Under the pieces are notes generated by a model. It saw only the letters and a list, made by a program, of their open reading frames with translations, was not told the origin of the DNA and searched no databases. 64,000 bases of DNA from Usitatibacter sp. (GTDB taxonomy: Bacteria > Pseudomonadota > Gammaproteobacteria > Burkholderiales > Usitatibacteraceae). Both the position numbers and the translations under genes were made by a program. The stretch is taken from NCBI GenBank assembly GCA_035308545.1, contig DATGGI010000161.1:482-64481 (forward strand), given 5' to 3'. Below, one piece after another: positions 9,173 through 17,652 of the stretch. Every line of letters starts with the position of its first letter. Within the stretch, counting starts at the first letter, position 1.

Positions 9173-9691
9173 ATGGCCCCTCCCGGCGAAGCACGCTTCC
9201 TCGCACTGCTGAACGAGCACCGCGCGATCCTGCACAAGGTCGCGTACGGCTATTGCCGCCAGCCCGAGGACCGCGCCGACCTGGTCCAGGAGATGGCGAT
9301 CGAGCTGTGGCGCTCGTTCCCGCGCTTCGACGGTCGCGTGAAGTTCTCGACCTGGGCCTACCGTGTCGCGATGAACGTCGCGATCTCGCGCTTCCGCGGC
9401 GAAGGCCGCCGCATCCGGGACACGGTGGCGATCGACGACCTCGGCACCGAACCGGGACGCGAGGATCCGTTCCTCGACGGCGCGAGCGACAACATGCGCG
9501 TGCTGCGCCGGATGATCGACGGCCTCGACGAGCTCAACCGCGCGCTGATCCTTCTCTACCTCGACGGACACACCTCCGACGAGATCGCCGAGATCGTCGG
9601 CATCACCCCCGGCAACGTCACGACCCGCGTGAATCGCCTGCGCCAAAGGCTGCAGGACGAGTTCGCGCGCCTCGAAAAGGAGAAACCATGA
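9173..9691 (+). CDS. RNA polymerase sigma-70 factor, ECF subfamily
   Basis: 172 aa. Region 2 (DLVQEMAIELWRSFPRFD, FSTWAYRVAMN) and a region 4 helix-turn-helix (SDEIAEIVGITPGNVTTRVNRLRQRL). Confidence 0.85.
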   Translation: MAPPGEARFLALLNEHRAILHKVAYGYCRQPEDRADLVQEMAIELWRSFPRFDGRVKFSTWAYRVAMNVAISRFRGEGRRIRDTVAIDDLGTEPGREDPFLDGASDNMRVLRRMIDGLDELNRALILLYLDGHTSDEIAEIVGITPGNVTTRVNRLRQRLQDEFARLEKEKP

Positions 9692-10371
9692 GCATGACAC
9701 TCGAAGACCTCCGCGACGAATGGGCCGGCCAGAGCCGCCGCCTCGACGAGCGCCTGCGCATCGCTTCCGGCGTCCTTCGCGACGAATGGATCGAGCGCCA
9801 TCGCGAGCGCGTTCGCAGGGCGAGCCAGTTCGGCGCGTTCAACATGGCCGTGTGGATCGCGACCCTGGCGATGCTGGGCTATTTCATGGTCGGCCATTCG
9901 GGCGAGCCCGCGCTCTTCGCGACCGCACTCTTGATTGACGCCTGGGTGATCGCCACGGGCGTGGCCGGCTTGCGCCAGCGCTTCGCGATGGAGAAACTCG
10001 ACTACAGCCAGCCGCTCGTGAGACTGCAGGCGCAGGTCGAAGCACTTCGCGTCGCGCGCATCCGCACGTTCAACTGGGCATTCCTCACGGGGCAGATCGT
10101 GTGGTGGATCCCGTTCGTGGTCGTCCTGTTCGCGGCGCTCACCGGCTTCGACCTGTATTCGTCGTCGCACTTCGTCACCTTCGCCGCCTGGAACGTGGCG
10201 GCCGGGCTCGCGTTCATCCCGCTCGCGATCGGGCTCGCGCGCCGCTACGGCGAGAGGCTGTCGAAGACCACGGCCGTCCGCCACATCGCCGACTCGATCG
10301 CCGGGCGCGACATCGCCGAGGCGCGCGCCTACCTCGAGAAGCTTCGCCGGTTCGACGCCGAGTCGGCCTAG
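9688..10371 (+). CDS. multi-pass membrane protein translationally coupled to the ECF sigma factor (candidate anti-sigma factor)
   Basis: ATG 9688 overlaps the sigma gene stop (ATGA). 227 aa with a charged N-terminal segment followed by about 4 TM helices. No ZAS HxxxCxxC motif is visible. Confidence 0.5.
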   Translation: MSMTLEDLRDEWAGQSRRLDERLRIASGVLRDEWIERHRERVRRASQFGAFNMAVWIATLAMLGYFMVGHSGEPALFATALLIDAWVIATGVAGLRQRFAMEKLDYSQPLVRLQAQVEALRVARIRTFNWAFLTGQIVWWIPFVVVLFAALTGFDLYSSSHFVTFAAWNVAAGLAFIPLAIGLARRYGERLSKTTAVRHIADSIAGRDIAEARAYLEKLRRFDAESA

Positions 10372-11024
10372 CGGACCCAGCGCGACACGATCTCGCGCAG
10401 GATGTGGAGCTTGCGATGGAAGAAGTGTTCGCCGCCGGGCACCACGACCACGGGAACGTCGCGCACCGTGGCCCACGAGATCGAATCCGACAACGGCACG
10501 GTCTCGTCGAGGTCGCCGTGGATCACGATCGTGTTGGCCGTGGTGTGGCGTCCGACGACTCCGAGGCTCGGATCGTGGGGATCGGGCGCCTCGCCGAAAC
10601 CCTGTCCCGTGAAACGCCGGAAGCCCGGCGCCACGAGGAAGAGCTGGTCGAAGTCGGCGCGCGAGCTGGCGCGCGCGGCCACCGCGCCGCCGAACGAGAA
10701 TCCCGCGAGCACCAGCGGCAGCGACTTCCACTCGCTCCTCGCATGCTCGATCACGCGAAGCATGTCGTCGGTCTCGCCGCGGCCCTCGTCGTGGGCGCCC
10801 TGGGTCGCGCCGACGCCCCGGAAATTGAAGCGGTAGGTCGCCGCGCCCGAGTCGACGAAGGCCTTCGCGAGCGTCGTGACCACCTTGTTGTCCATCGTTC
10901 CGCCGAAAAGCGGATGCGGATGCGCGATCACCGCGACCGCGCGCGTGGACTCCGGAACCTGGCTCGCGACCTCGATCGTGCCCGCGGCGCCGGCGACGTG
11001 CTGCCGCGCGATCGAGGCGGCCAT
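10368..11024 (-). CDS. alpha/beta hydrolase family protein
   Basis: 218 aa. VIAHPHPLFGGTMDNKV and GFSFGG (GxSxG nucleophile elbow). The start abuts the ferredoxin stop with no gap. Confidence 0.75.
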   Translation of the reverse strand: MAASIARQHVAGAAGTIEVASQVPESTRAVAVIAHPHPLFGGTMDNKVVTTLAKAFVDSGAATYRFNFRGVGATQGAHDEGRGETDDMLRVIEHARSEWKSLPLVLAGFSFGGAVAARASSRADFDQLFLVAPGFRRFTGQGFGEAPDPHDPSLGVVGRHTTANTIVIHGDLDETVPLSDSISWATVRDVPVVVVPGGEHFFHRKLHILREIVSRWVR

Positions 11025-11333
11025 CTAGATGAGCAGGCGCTCGACCACGCGGCCGTTCACGAGGTGCTCCTCCACGATCTCGTCGATGTCGGCCTTGTCG
11101 ACGTACGTGTACCAGGTGCCCTCGGGATAGACCACGACGCAGGGCCCTTCCTCGCACCGGTCGAGGCAGCCGGCGTTGTTGATGCGCACCTTGCCGGGCC
11201 CCGCGAGGCCGAGCGCCTTCACGCGGCCCTTCGCGTAGCCGCGCATGTCCTCGGCGCCATGGCGCGCGCAGCAGGCTTCCGGCGCGTCGCGGTGGTTGGT
11301 GCAGAAGAAGACGTGGTGTTTGTAGAAGCTCAT
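11025..11333 (-). CDS. thioredoxin-like (2Fe-2S) ferredoxin
   Basis: 102 aa starting MSFYKHHVFFCTN. Cys ligand pattern C-x8-CC ... CLDRCEEGPC, typical of thioredoxin-like 2Fe-2S ferredoxins. ATG 11333 overlaps the upstream stop (ATGA). Confidence 0.8.
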   Translation of the reverse strand: MSFYKHHVFFCTNHRDAPEACCARHGAEDMRGYAKGRVKALGLAGPGKVRINNAGCLDRCEEGPCVVVYPEGTWYTYVDKADIDEIVEEHLVNGRVVERLLI

Positions 11334-12379
11334 GGATTCGATTCTACCCTGCGCCCGCGCAGGAAAAGCGCGATGAGATAACCCACCGCCATGAACGGCC
11401 ACAGCTCGTGGAGAAATCGCGTGAGTGTCGCGAAATTCGCGAGCTGCCCGTAGGGCCAGCGGAAGACGCGCAGGAATTCGTCGAGCGGGCTGTAGGCGCC
11501 CACGATCTTCGAGAAGAGCGCTCCGGCGAGGACCAGCACGAGCGCGAGGTACGTGCGCGCCATGCGCCCGAAGCGCCGCGTGGGAACGAGGAGCAGCACG
11601 CCCACGAGGAGCCCGGCCACGCGCCCGGCGCTCACCCAGCCTTCGGAGAAATGCGGCTGCAGCATGAAGGACGCCGCGCTGAACTTGAGCCAGAGCGCCA
11701 CGGACAGCAGCACGAGCGTGACGCGCAGCCCTCCCTGGTCGCGCGCGAGGAGCACCGACACGAAGAGGCCGAAGCCCCAGACGCTCATGGCGACCGCGGC
11801 CGAGAGCAGGACGGTGAGGTCGTCCGTGTCGAGGCCGCTTCCCACGATGTTGCCCGCGCCGAAGAACGGCAGCGCGGGATTGAGCTGCGCGATGAGCCAG
11901 ATCGCGAGCAGCATGAGGCCCGCGTCGCCCCAATTGCCGGGGACCACGAACTCCTCGCGCTTCTCGCCGAGCGGTTTCGTGATGAGCGAGTACCACGGCT
12001 CCGCGAACGCGAACGCGCCCAGGGCCGTGCCCGCGGTGTTTGCGATTGCATCGTAGATCGAGGAGATCCTTCCCGGGATGAAGAGCTGCGCGGTTTCCAT
12101 GCAGACGCTGAACGCGGCGCCGAACGCGATCGCCTTCGCGATGGCCGCCTTGTGCGTGGATCCCCCGTCGAGGAAATAACGGCAGGCGAGCATGCCGAGC
12201 GGCGCGTACGCGACGACGTTCACAGTCACGTCGAACGCCTGCAGGTAGCGCAAGCCCCCGAAGACCCCGGCGATCGAATCCGGCGGAGGCATCCTCAACG
12301 GAACGAAGGGATAGAGGCTCGCGTAGGCGAGCAGCAGGATCCACACCGCCGCGGAGCCGCTGAAACGGCCGCGTGTCAT
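11330..12379 (-). CDS. VanZ-like family membrane protein
   Basis: Start ATG 12379 (MTRGRFSG...) overlaps the upstream stop (ATGA). Multi-TM protein. The N-terminal third (LLLAYASLYPF..., DVTVNVVAYAPLG, DAIANTAGTALG) resembles the VanZ domain. Confidence 0.6.
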   Translation of the reverse strand: MTRGRFSGSAAVWILLLAYASLYPFVPLRMPPPDSIAGVFGGLRYLQAFDVTVNVVAYAPLGMLACRYFLDGGSTHKAAIAKAIAFGAAFSVCMETAQLFIPGRISSIYDAIANTAGTALGAFAFAEPWYSLITKPLGEKREEFVVPGNWGDAGLMLLAIWLIAQLNPALPFFGAGNIVGSGLDTDDLTVLLSAAVAMSVWGFGLFVSVLLARDQGGLRVTLVLLSVALWLKFSAASFMLQPHFSEGWVSAGRVAGLLVGVLLLVPTRRFGRMARTYLALVLVLAGALFSKIVGAYSPLDEFLRVFRWPYGQLANFATLTRFLHELWPFMAVGYLIALFLRGRRVESNP

Positions 12380-12894
12380 CCGAGGCGCTTGAGGCCCTTG
12401 CGGTACATGGCGGCGCGCTCGACGTAATGCTCCGCGATCCATGTGTTCAGCGCGACCTCGTCGGGCGTGAGCGTGCGCATCACCTTGTTCACGCCGAGCA
12501 CGAGTGAGTTGTCCGGGATCACCTTGCCCTCGGTCACCATCGCTCCGGCCCCGACGAGGCAGTTCTTCCCGATGACCGCGCGGTTCAGCACGATGGCACC
12601 GATCCCGATCAGCGAGTTTTCCCCGACAGTGCAGCCGTGCAGCATCACGAGGTGGCCCACGCTCACGTTCTTCGCGAGCGTCACCGGAATGCCGCCGTCG
12701 GTGTGGACGACGGATCCGTCCTGGACGTTCACGTTCTCGCCCAGCGTGATGAGGTCGTTGTCGCCGCGGATCGTGACGTTGAACCAGACGCTCGCGCCCG
12801 GCTCCATCACGACCGAACCGATGACGGCGGCGTTGTCCGCCACGAAGTAGTCGCCCCTGAAGACGGGCTTGCGGTCGTCGAGCTGGTAGATCAT
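12376..12894 (-). CDS. gamma-class carbonic anhydrase-like / hexapeptide-repeat (LbH) protein
   Basis: 172 aa. FVADNAAVIGSVVMEPGASVWFNVTIRGDN... and repeated hexapeptide units, as in the YrdA/PaaY/CaiE family. Confidence 0.85.
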   Translation of the reverse strand: MIYQLDDRKPVFRGDYFVADNAAVIGSVVMEPGASVWFNVTIRGDNDLITLGENVNVQDGSVVHTDGGIPVTLAKNVSVGHLVMLHGCTVGENSLIGIGAIVLNRAVIGKNCLVGAGAMVTEGKVIPDNSLVLGVNKVMRTLTPDEVALNTWIAEHYVERAAMYRKGLKRLG

Positions 12895-12907
12895 TGCGAC
12901 AGGATTA

Positions 12908-13663
12908 TCACATTTGTTTGAACAAATGCGAGAAGGCGCGGCTCACTTCCAGGCGCTCGGGCCTTCCCTTGAGCGCGATCTCGCGGCGCCCGGTCTCGTC
13001 GACGCTCACGGACGCGATGGCGCTCACATTGACGAGGGTCCCACGGTGGACCTGCCAGAAATGGCGCGCGTCGAGCTGCGCGGCGAGCTCGCGCAACGGC
13101 GTCTTCACCAGCGCGTCGGAATCGTTCGTGACGACACGCGTGTACTTCATGTCGGACTGGAAGTAGAGGACATCGTCGACGTTGATCAGCCGGATCGTGC
13201 TGCCCAGGGAAGCCTGCAACCACTGCAGCGGCGGCGCGGGTGGCGCGATGCGCCGGGAGAGGTCTTCGATGAGATTTTCCAGCGACGCCGGCGTCTCCCG
13301 CAGCCGCCCTCGCAATCGGGCGGCGGTATCGGCCAGGCGCTCGGCCGACGCGGGCTTGAGCACGTAGTCCACGACGCCGCGATCGAAGGCCTCGATTGCA
13401 TAGCGATCGTAGGCCGTGACGAAAACGACGTGCGCGAGACCGCGCAACTCACGGGCCGCCTCGAGCCCGCTCATCACGGGCATCTCGATATCGAGGAACG
13501 CCAGGTCCGGGCGATGCTCGCGAACCGCATGGACCGCGTCGGCACCGTTGGCGGCCTCGGCGACGATGTCGAGCGCGGGCCACGCTTGCGCGAGGGCCGC
13601 GCGAAGACTCTCGCGCAGGAGCGGTTCGTCATCCGCGATGACGGCGCGCGCAGGCTCGCTCAC
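12908..13663 (-). CDS. LytTR-family two-component response regulator (pair 1)
   Basis: GTG 13663 overlaps the kinase stop (GTGA). Receiver domain (IADDEPLL, FLDIEMP, KP) plus a LytTR DNA-binding domain (YFQSDMKYTRVVT, FWQVHRGTLVN). Tail SRAFSHLFKQM. Confidence 0.85.
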   Translation of the reverse strand: MSEPARAVIADDEPLLRESLRAALAQAWPALDIVAEAANGADAVHAVREHRPDLAFLDIEMPVMSGLEAARELRGLAHVVFVTAYDRYAIEAFDRGVVDYVLKPASAERLADTAARLRGRLRETPASLENLIEDLSRRIAPPAPPLQWLQASLGSTIRLINVDDVLYFQSDMKYTRVVTNDSDALVKTPLRELAAQLDARHFWQVHRGTLVNVSAIASVSVDETGRREIALKGRPERLEVSRAFSHLFKQM

Positions 13664-14700
13664 GCCGGAACCTCGAGGCGGGCGATCGTGCCGCCCGGGT
13701 CGCCACTTTCCAGCGCGAGGCGCGCGCGATCGCCGAAGAGCGCCTTCAGGCGCTCGCGCAGGTTGGCGAGGCCCAGGCCCTGCCCCAGCGTTCCGCCGAA
13801 ACCGGCCCCATCGTCGATCACCTCGACGACGATGCGATCGCCGGGCTGCTTCGCCACGATCCGCACGCTGCCGCGTCCCCTCGGCACGATGCCGTGCTTC
13901 ACGGCGTTCTCGACGAGCGTCATGAGCATGAGCGGCGGAAACGCGCGCGCGGTGATTTCCGGCGCCACGTCGATGGCGACGGCGAGCTCTCCGCCCATTC
14001 GCACCTTCATGATCTCGAGATAGGCGCGCGCGAGCTCCACCTCGCGCCCCAATGTCGAGGATTCGCTGCGAATGTCCGGCAGCGCCGTGCGCAGGTAAGT
14101 GATGAGGTGGTCGAGCATCCGCAGGGAATCGGGTGAACCCGACTGCACGAGATGACGGACGTTGGCGAGCGTGTTGAAGAGGAAATGCGGCTCGACCTGG
14201 GCCTGGAGGAGTTTCAATTCGGCCTGCATGGCTTGCCGCTCGAGCCGCTCCTGCTCCGCTTCCGCGGCAAGGCGCGCGCTGCGCTGCCGCGCCTCCCACA
14301 GGCGCGCGCGCAGGATCGCGAGCGCAGTCGCCACGACGGTGACCGCCATGACCACGCCGACCGCGAAAGTCTTGGGGACGCTGCCCCCGGGCCATCGCTC
14401 CCAGCCGGGGCCGGTTTCGAGCGTGGTGACCGCGAGGCCGAGCAGGATCCCGAGCGCGAGGAGCGTCGCCACCGCGCTCTTGAACTTCCAGGGCTCGACG
14501 CGAAAGCGGCGATAGAGAAGATACGGCGGCGACACGATCGCGAGGACCCACAATCCGGCCGCCGTGGGAATGAATGCTTCCTCCGGCATTCCGATGGGGC
14601 GCCAGGCCATTCGCAGGAGCATGCTCCCCACGACGGCGGCCGTCGACCAGCCGGTGAGCATCCGGTAGAAATACGCGCGGGCTTCGAAGCTGATTTCCAT
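13660..14700 (-). CDS. LytS/YehU-type sensor histidine kinase (pair 1)
   Basis: 346 aa. N-terminal TM bundle, H-box LQAQVEPHFLFNTLANV (PF06580 type), and HATPase motifs (NAVKHG, DDGAGF, GLGLAN). Confidence 0.85.
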   Translation of the reverse strand: MEISFEARAYFYRMLTGWSTAAVVGSMLLRMAWRPIGMPEEAFIPTAAGLWVLAIVSPPYLLYRRFRVEPWKFKSAVATLLALGILLGLAVTTLETGPGWERWPGGSVPKTFAVGVVMAVTVVATALAILRARLWEARQRSARLAAEAEQERLERQAMQAELKLLQAQVEPHFLFNTLANVRHLVQSGSPDSLRMLDHLITYLRTALPDIRSESSTLGREVELARAYLEIMKVRMGGELAVAIDVAPEITARAFPPLMLMTLVENAVKHGIVPRGRGSVRIVAKQPGDRIVVEVIDDGAGFGGTLGQGLGLANLRERLKALFGDRARLALESGDPGGTIARLEVPA

Positions 14701-14761
14701 CGCGAAAGACTAACGCACGCGGCAGCGGGAATGGAGCCCGGGCGACGAACCTCGGAAAACA

Positions 14762-14792
14762 GCGACGGGCCGCCGGTTTTCGCGACGGGCCG
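14762..14792. promoter_or_regulatory. perfect 11-bp direct repeat GCGACGGGCCG x2 (20-nt phase) between TCS pair 2 and TCS pair 1
   Basis: gcgacgggccg at 14762-14772 and at 14782-14792. Located 4 nt downstream of the RR2 stop and about 60-90 nt upstream of the HK1 start. Confidence 0.4.
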
Positions 14793-14795
14793 AGA

Positions 14796-15551
14796 CTACA
14801 TCTGCTTGAAGAGGTGGGAGTAGATCCGCGAGACCACCAGCGATTCGTCCTTGCCCTTGATCTTCACGTGGGCCTGGCCGCGGAAGTCGCGCGTGACCGC
14901 CGCGATGGCGTTCACGTTCACGAGCGTCGAGCGGTGGATCTGCCAGAACTGGCCGGGATCGAGGCCGTCGAGGAGCTCGCGGATCGGCGTCTTGATGAGC
15001 GCTTCGCTCTCGACTGTCACCACGCGCGTGTACTTCTCGTCGGACTGGAAGAAGAGCACGTCGTTCACGGGAATGAGGCGCAGGTTCTGGCCGAACGTGG
15101 CCTTGATCCACTGCAGGCGCTCCTTCTTCCCGCCGAGATGCTCGCCCAGCTTCGAAAGCACCGCGTTGAGATCCGCCGGGGGCGCGGCGAGCTTCGCCTT
15201 CAATCGCTCGATCGTCACGGCGAGCCGCTCGTCGGCCGCGGGCTTGAGGATGTAGTCCACTGCGCCGGTCTCGAAGGCCTGGATCGCGTACTGGTCGTAG
15301 GCCGTCACGAAGACTATGTGCGCACGGGCTCCCACGTGGCGCGCGACTTCCACGCCCGTCATCTCGGGCATCTGGATGTCGAGGAACATGAAATCGGGAG
15401 TACGGTCCTCGAGCGCTTCGAGCGCCGAGGCGCCGTCCTCGACGGACGCGATGATCTCCAGCTCGGGCCAGAGCTTGCGCAGCTTCCCTTCGAGCTGGGT
15501 GCGCAGGATCGCTTCGTCTTCGGCGAGTATCGCGGTCGGCATGGCCGCCAT
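14796..15551 (-). CDS. LytTR-family two-component response regulator (pair 2)
   Basis: 251 aa. Receiver plus LytTR domains (FFQSDEKYTRVVT, FWQIHRSTLVN). Tail SRIYSHLFKQM. Confidence 0.9.
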   Translation of the reverse strand: MAAMPTAILAEDEAILRTQLEGKLRKLWPELEIIASVEDGASALEALEDRTPDFMFLDIQMPEMTGVEVARHVGARAHIVFVTAYDQYAIQAFETGAVDYILKPAADERLAVTIERLKAKLAAPPADLNAVLSKLGEHLGGKKERLQWIKATFGQNLRLIPVNDVLFFQSDEKYTRVVTVESEALIKTPIRELLDGLDPGQFWQIHRSTLVNVNAIAAVTRDFRGQAHVKIKGKDESLVVSRIYSHLFKQM

Positions 15552-15552
15552 T

Positions 15553-17511
15553 CTACGGGGACGGCGGGGGCGGAGTGTCCTTCGACTTGTTGCTGCGGCG
15601 AACGAGCCACACGATCGCGAGCACCAGCAGGATGAAGGGCGCGATCGCCGGCGTCATCGCCACGAGGATCACGATCGGGATGAAGATCGCAAGTCCCACG
15701 AAGAGGAAGCCGAGCCCGTACAGGACCGCGAGCACAGCCGCGATCGCGACGACGACGATGGCGAAGGCGGCGGCGATCCCGGCCGTGCCGATGAGCGCGC
15801 CCGTGGGGCCGCTCACCACCTCGTCGCCGATCTGCACCGGCAGCACCCCGGTGGCCACGCCGACGATGCCGAGCCCCGCGAACACCGCGGCGATCACGAC
15901 GAGCACGATGAACGTGAACGAAAGGCCCTTGCGCCATGCCCGCTCGGCCGTTCCCATGGCCGCGAGCGTGCGCATGGCCGCGGTCTTCGGGGCCTCGGGC
16001 ATCACGGGAACGTCCCCGCCGAATCCGGCCGCCTGCGCCGACACGGAGCGCGCTCCGTCGCGCGGCACCTCGATCGTCGCCACCACGCCGTGCGGCTCGC
16101 TCGCCTCGAGTGTGAGCTTGCCCTTGTCGCCGTAGAGCGCCGCGAGGCGCTCGCGGATGTTGGTGAGCCCCACGCCGGTGCCCAGCGAGTCGCCGAATCC
16201 GCGGCCCGTGTCCGACACCCTGAGGCGAAGCGTATCGCCTTCGGCCGACACGGCGATGCGCACGGTTCCGCCCTCGCGCAGCGGCTCGAGGCCGTGCTTG
16301 ATCGCGTTCTCCACGAGCGAGGGCAGCATGAGCGGCGGGAACGGCGCGTCCATGAGCTCCTGCGGCACGTCGATCTCGAAGGACAGGCGCTTGCCCATGC
16401 GCATCTGCAGGATGTTCAGGTACGCGCGCACCAGCTCCATTTCCTGCCCCACGGTGGACACCGACTCGCGCATCTTCGGCAGCGCGTTGCGCAGGTACTG
16501 GATGAGGTGGCCCGTCATCAGGTTCGCCTGCTGCGGATCGACTTCCGTGAGCGCCTGGACGCTCGCGAGCGTGTTGTAGAGGAAGTGGGGCTCGACTTGC
16601 GCCTGGAGCGCCGAGAGCTTCGCTTCCGTGACCTGCTGGCTCATGCGGTGGAATTCCGCCTCGCGCTTCTTCGACTCGGCCACTTCGAGCGATGCGCGCG
16701 AGCGGTCGATGTAGAACTTTGCGACGATCGTGATCGCGAGCAGCGGGATGAAGATGAGGATGAGGCCCGCGCCGACGCCCATGCGATAGAGGCCGCCGGT
16801 CACGCTCTTGTGGATCTCCTCGCGAAGCTCCGGGGGAAGCTGCACGGCGGGCAGCGGCGGCACGGCGGGATGCGCATCGGTATCCACCTGCACGGTCACG
16901 ATGGGCGCGCCGCCGGGACCATTGAGCTTCAGGTCGGGAAGCTTCGGACCCTTCGGGGCATCCGGCGCTTCGGGCGCCGGGGGCGGGACGGGGGCTTCCT
17001 GGACCGCCCTCTCGGCGTCTTCGGCCGCGGCGAGGGACTTGCTGAGGGACTTGAGGGCCTTCGCGTTCTCGACGCCCGCATCCTTCAGCGCGCGCTTGGT
17101 CTCACGCCTCGCGTCGGCGATGGAGCGCTGCGCATCCTTGATCGCTTCCGCGACGTCCTTCGCGGCTTGCTGCTTGGCGCGCGCGACTTCCTGGCCCGCT
17201 TCGCGCACGCTGTCGCGCGCCGCCTCGACCTCGCGCAGCGCGTCTTCCAGCTCCTCGCGCCGGGCCGGGTCCTTGGTGTGGGCGAGCATCTCCTTCAGGA
17301 CGCTGCGCCCGATGTTGAGCGCGCTGTCCGAGTAGGCCGATTCGATCTCCGCGCTGATGGCCCGCTTCTCCTCCGGCGTGGCGCCGCGCTTCTCCAGGTG
17401 CATCACGTTGAGCGGCACCGTGAACATCGCGAGGCCGATCAGCAGCGCGAACCCTCCGGTGAGCAGGAGCCACCAGGGGGTGTTGTGGAGGAAGTTGGAG
17501 ACGGGCTTCAT
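15553..17511 (-). CDS. atypical LytS-type sensor histidine kinase (pair 2) with a coiled-coil/Pro-rich N-terminal region and a C-terminal multi-TM extension
   Basis: 652 aa. Order: TM, about 200 aa of charged coiled-coil and PPPAPEAPDAP segment, TM, H-box LQAQVEPHFLYNTLASV, HATPase (NAIKHG, DTGRGF, GVGLTN), then about 170 further residues containing about 4 TM helices. Confidence 0.85.
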   Translation of the reverse strand: MKPVSNFLHNTPWWLLLTGGFALLIGLAMFTVPLNVMHLEKRGATPEEKRAISAEIESAYSDSALNIGRSVLKEMLAHTKDPARREELEDALREVEAARDSVREAGQEVARAKQQAAKDVAEAIKDAQRSIADARRETKRALKDAGVENAKALKSLSKSLAAAEDAERAVQEAPVPPPAPEAPDAPKGPKLPDLKLNGPGGAPIVTVQVDTDAHPAVPPLPAVQLPPELREEIHKSVTGGLYRMGVGAGLILIFIPLLAITIVAKFYIDRSRASLEVAESKKREAEFHRMSQQVTEAKLSALQAQVEPHFLYNTLASVQALTEVDPQQANLMTGHLIQYLRNALPKMRESVSTVGQEMELVRAYLNILQMRMGKRLSFEIDVPQELMDAPFPPLMLPSLVENAIKHGLEPLREGGTVRIAVSAEGDTLRLRVSDTGRGFGDSLGTGVGLTNIRERLAALYGDKGKLTLEASEPHGVVATIEVPRDGARSVSAQAAGFGGDVPVMPEAPKTAAMRTLAAMGTAERAWRKGLSFTFIVLVVIAAVFAGLGIVGVATGVLPVQIGDEVVSGPTGALIGTAGIAAAFAIVVVAIAAVLAVLYGLGFLFVGLAIFIPIVILVAMTPAIAPFILLVLAIVWLVRRSNKSKDTPPPPSP

Positions 17512-17547
17512 TCGTTTCCTGGAATCCGGCGCGCGGGGCGCCGGCGA

Positions 17548-17652
17548 TCAATAGTCCGCAAGCAGGGCGATTATCGCCGTGGTGAGGGAGAAAAGGACGA
17601 CGCCGACTACGATCAGGACCAGGTGCGGCCCGAGCGACTGGAGGGTGGACAT
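17548..17652 (-). CDS. possible 34-aa single-TM small protein upstream of kinase 2
   Basis: ATG 17652 is preceded by GAGG about 11 nt upstream. Product MSTLQSLGPHLVLIVVGVVLFSLTTAIIALLADY, with GC-rich third codon positions. It sits 36 nt upstream of the kinase start. No homology evidence. Confidence 0.3.
   Translation of the reverse strand: MSTLQSLGPHLVLIVVGVVLFSLTTAIIALLADY

Noticed and set aside
12911-12928. The perfect palindrome CATTTGTT-TG-AACAAATG at the RR1 / gamma-CA junction as an operator or terminator.
   Set aside because: It lies inside the RR1 coding sequence and simply encodes the conserved C-terminal HLFKQM. The other two regulators encode the same peptide with non-palindromic codons.
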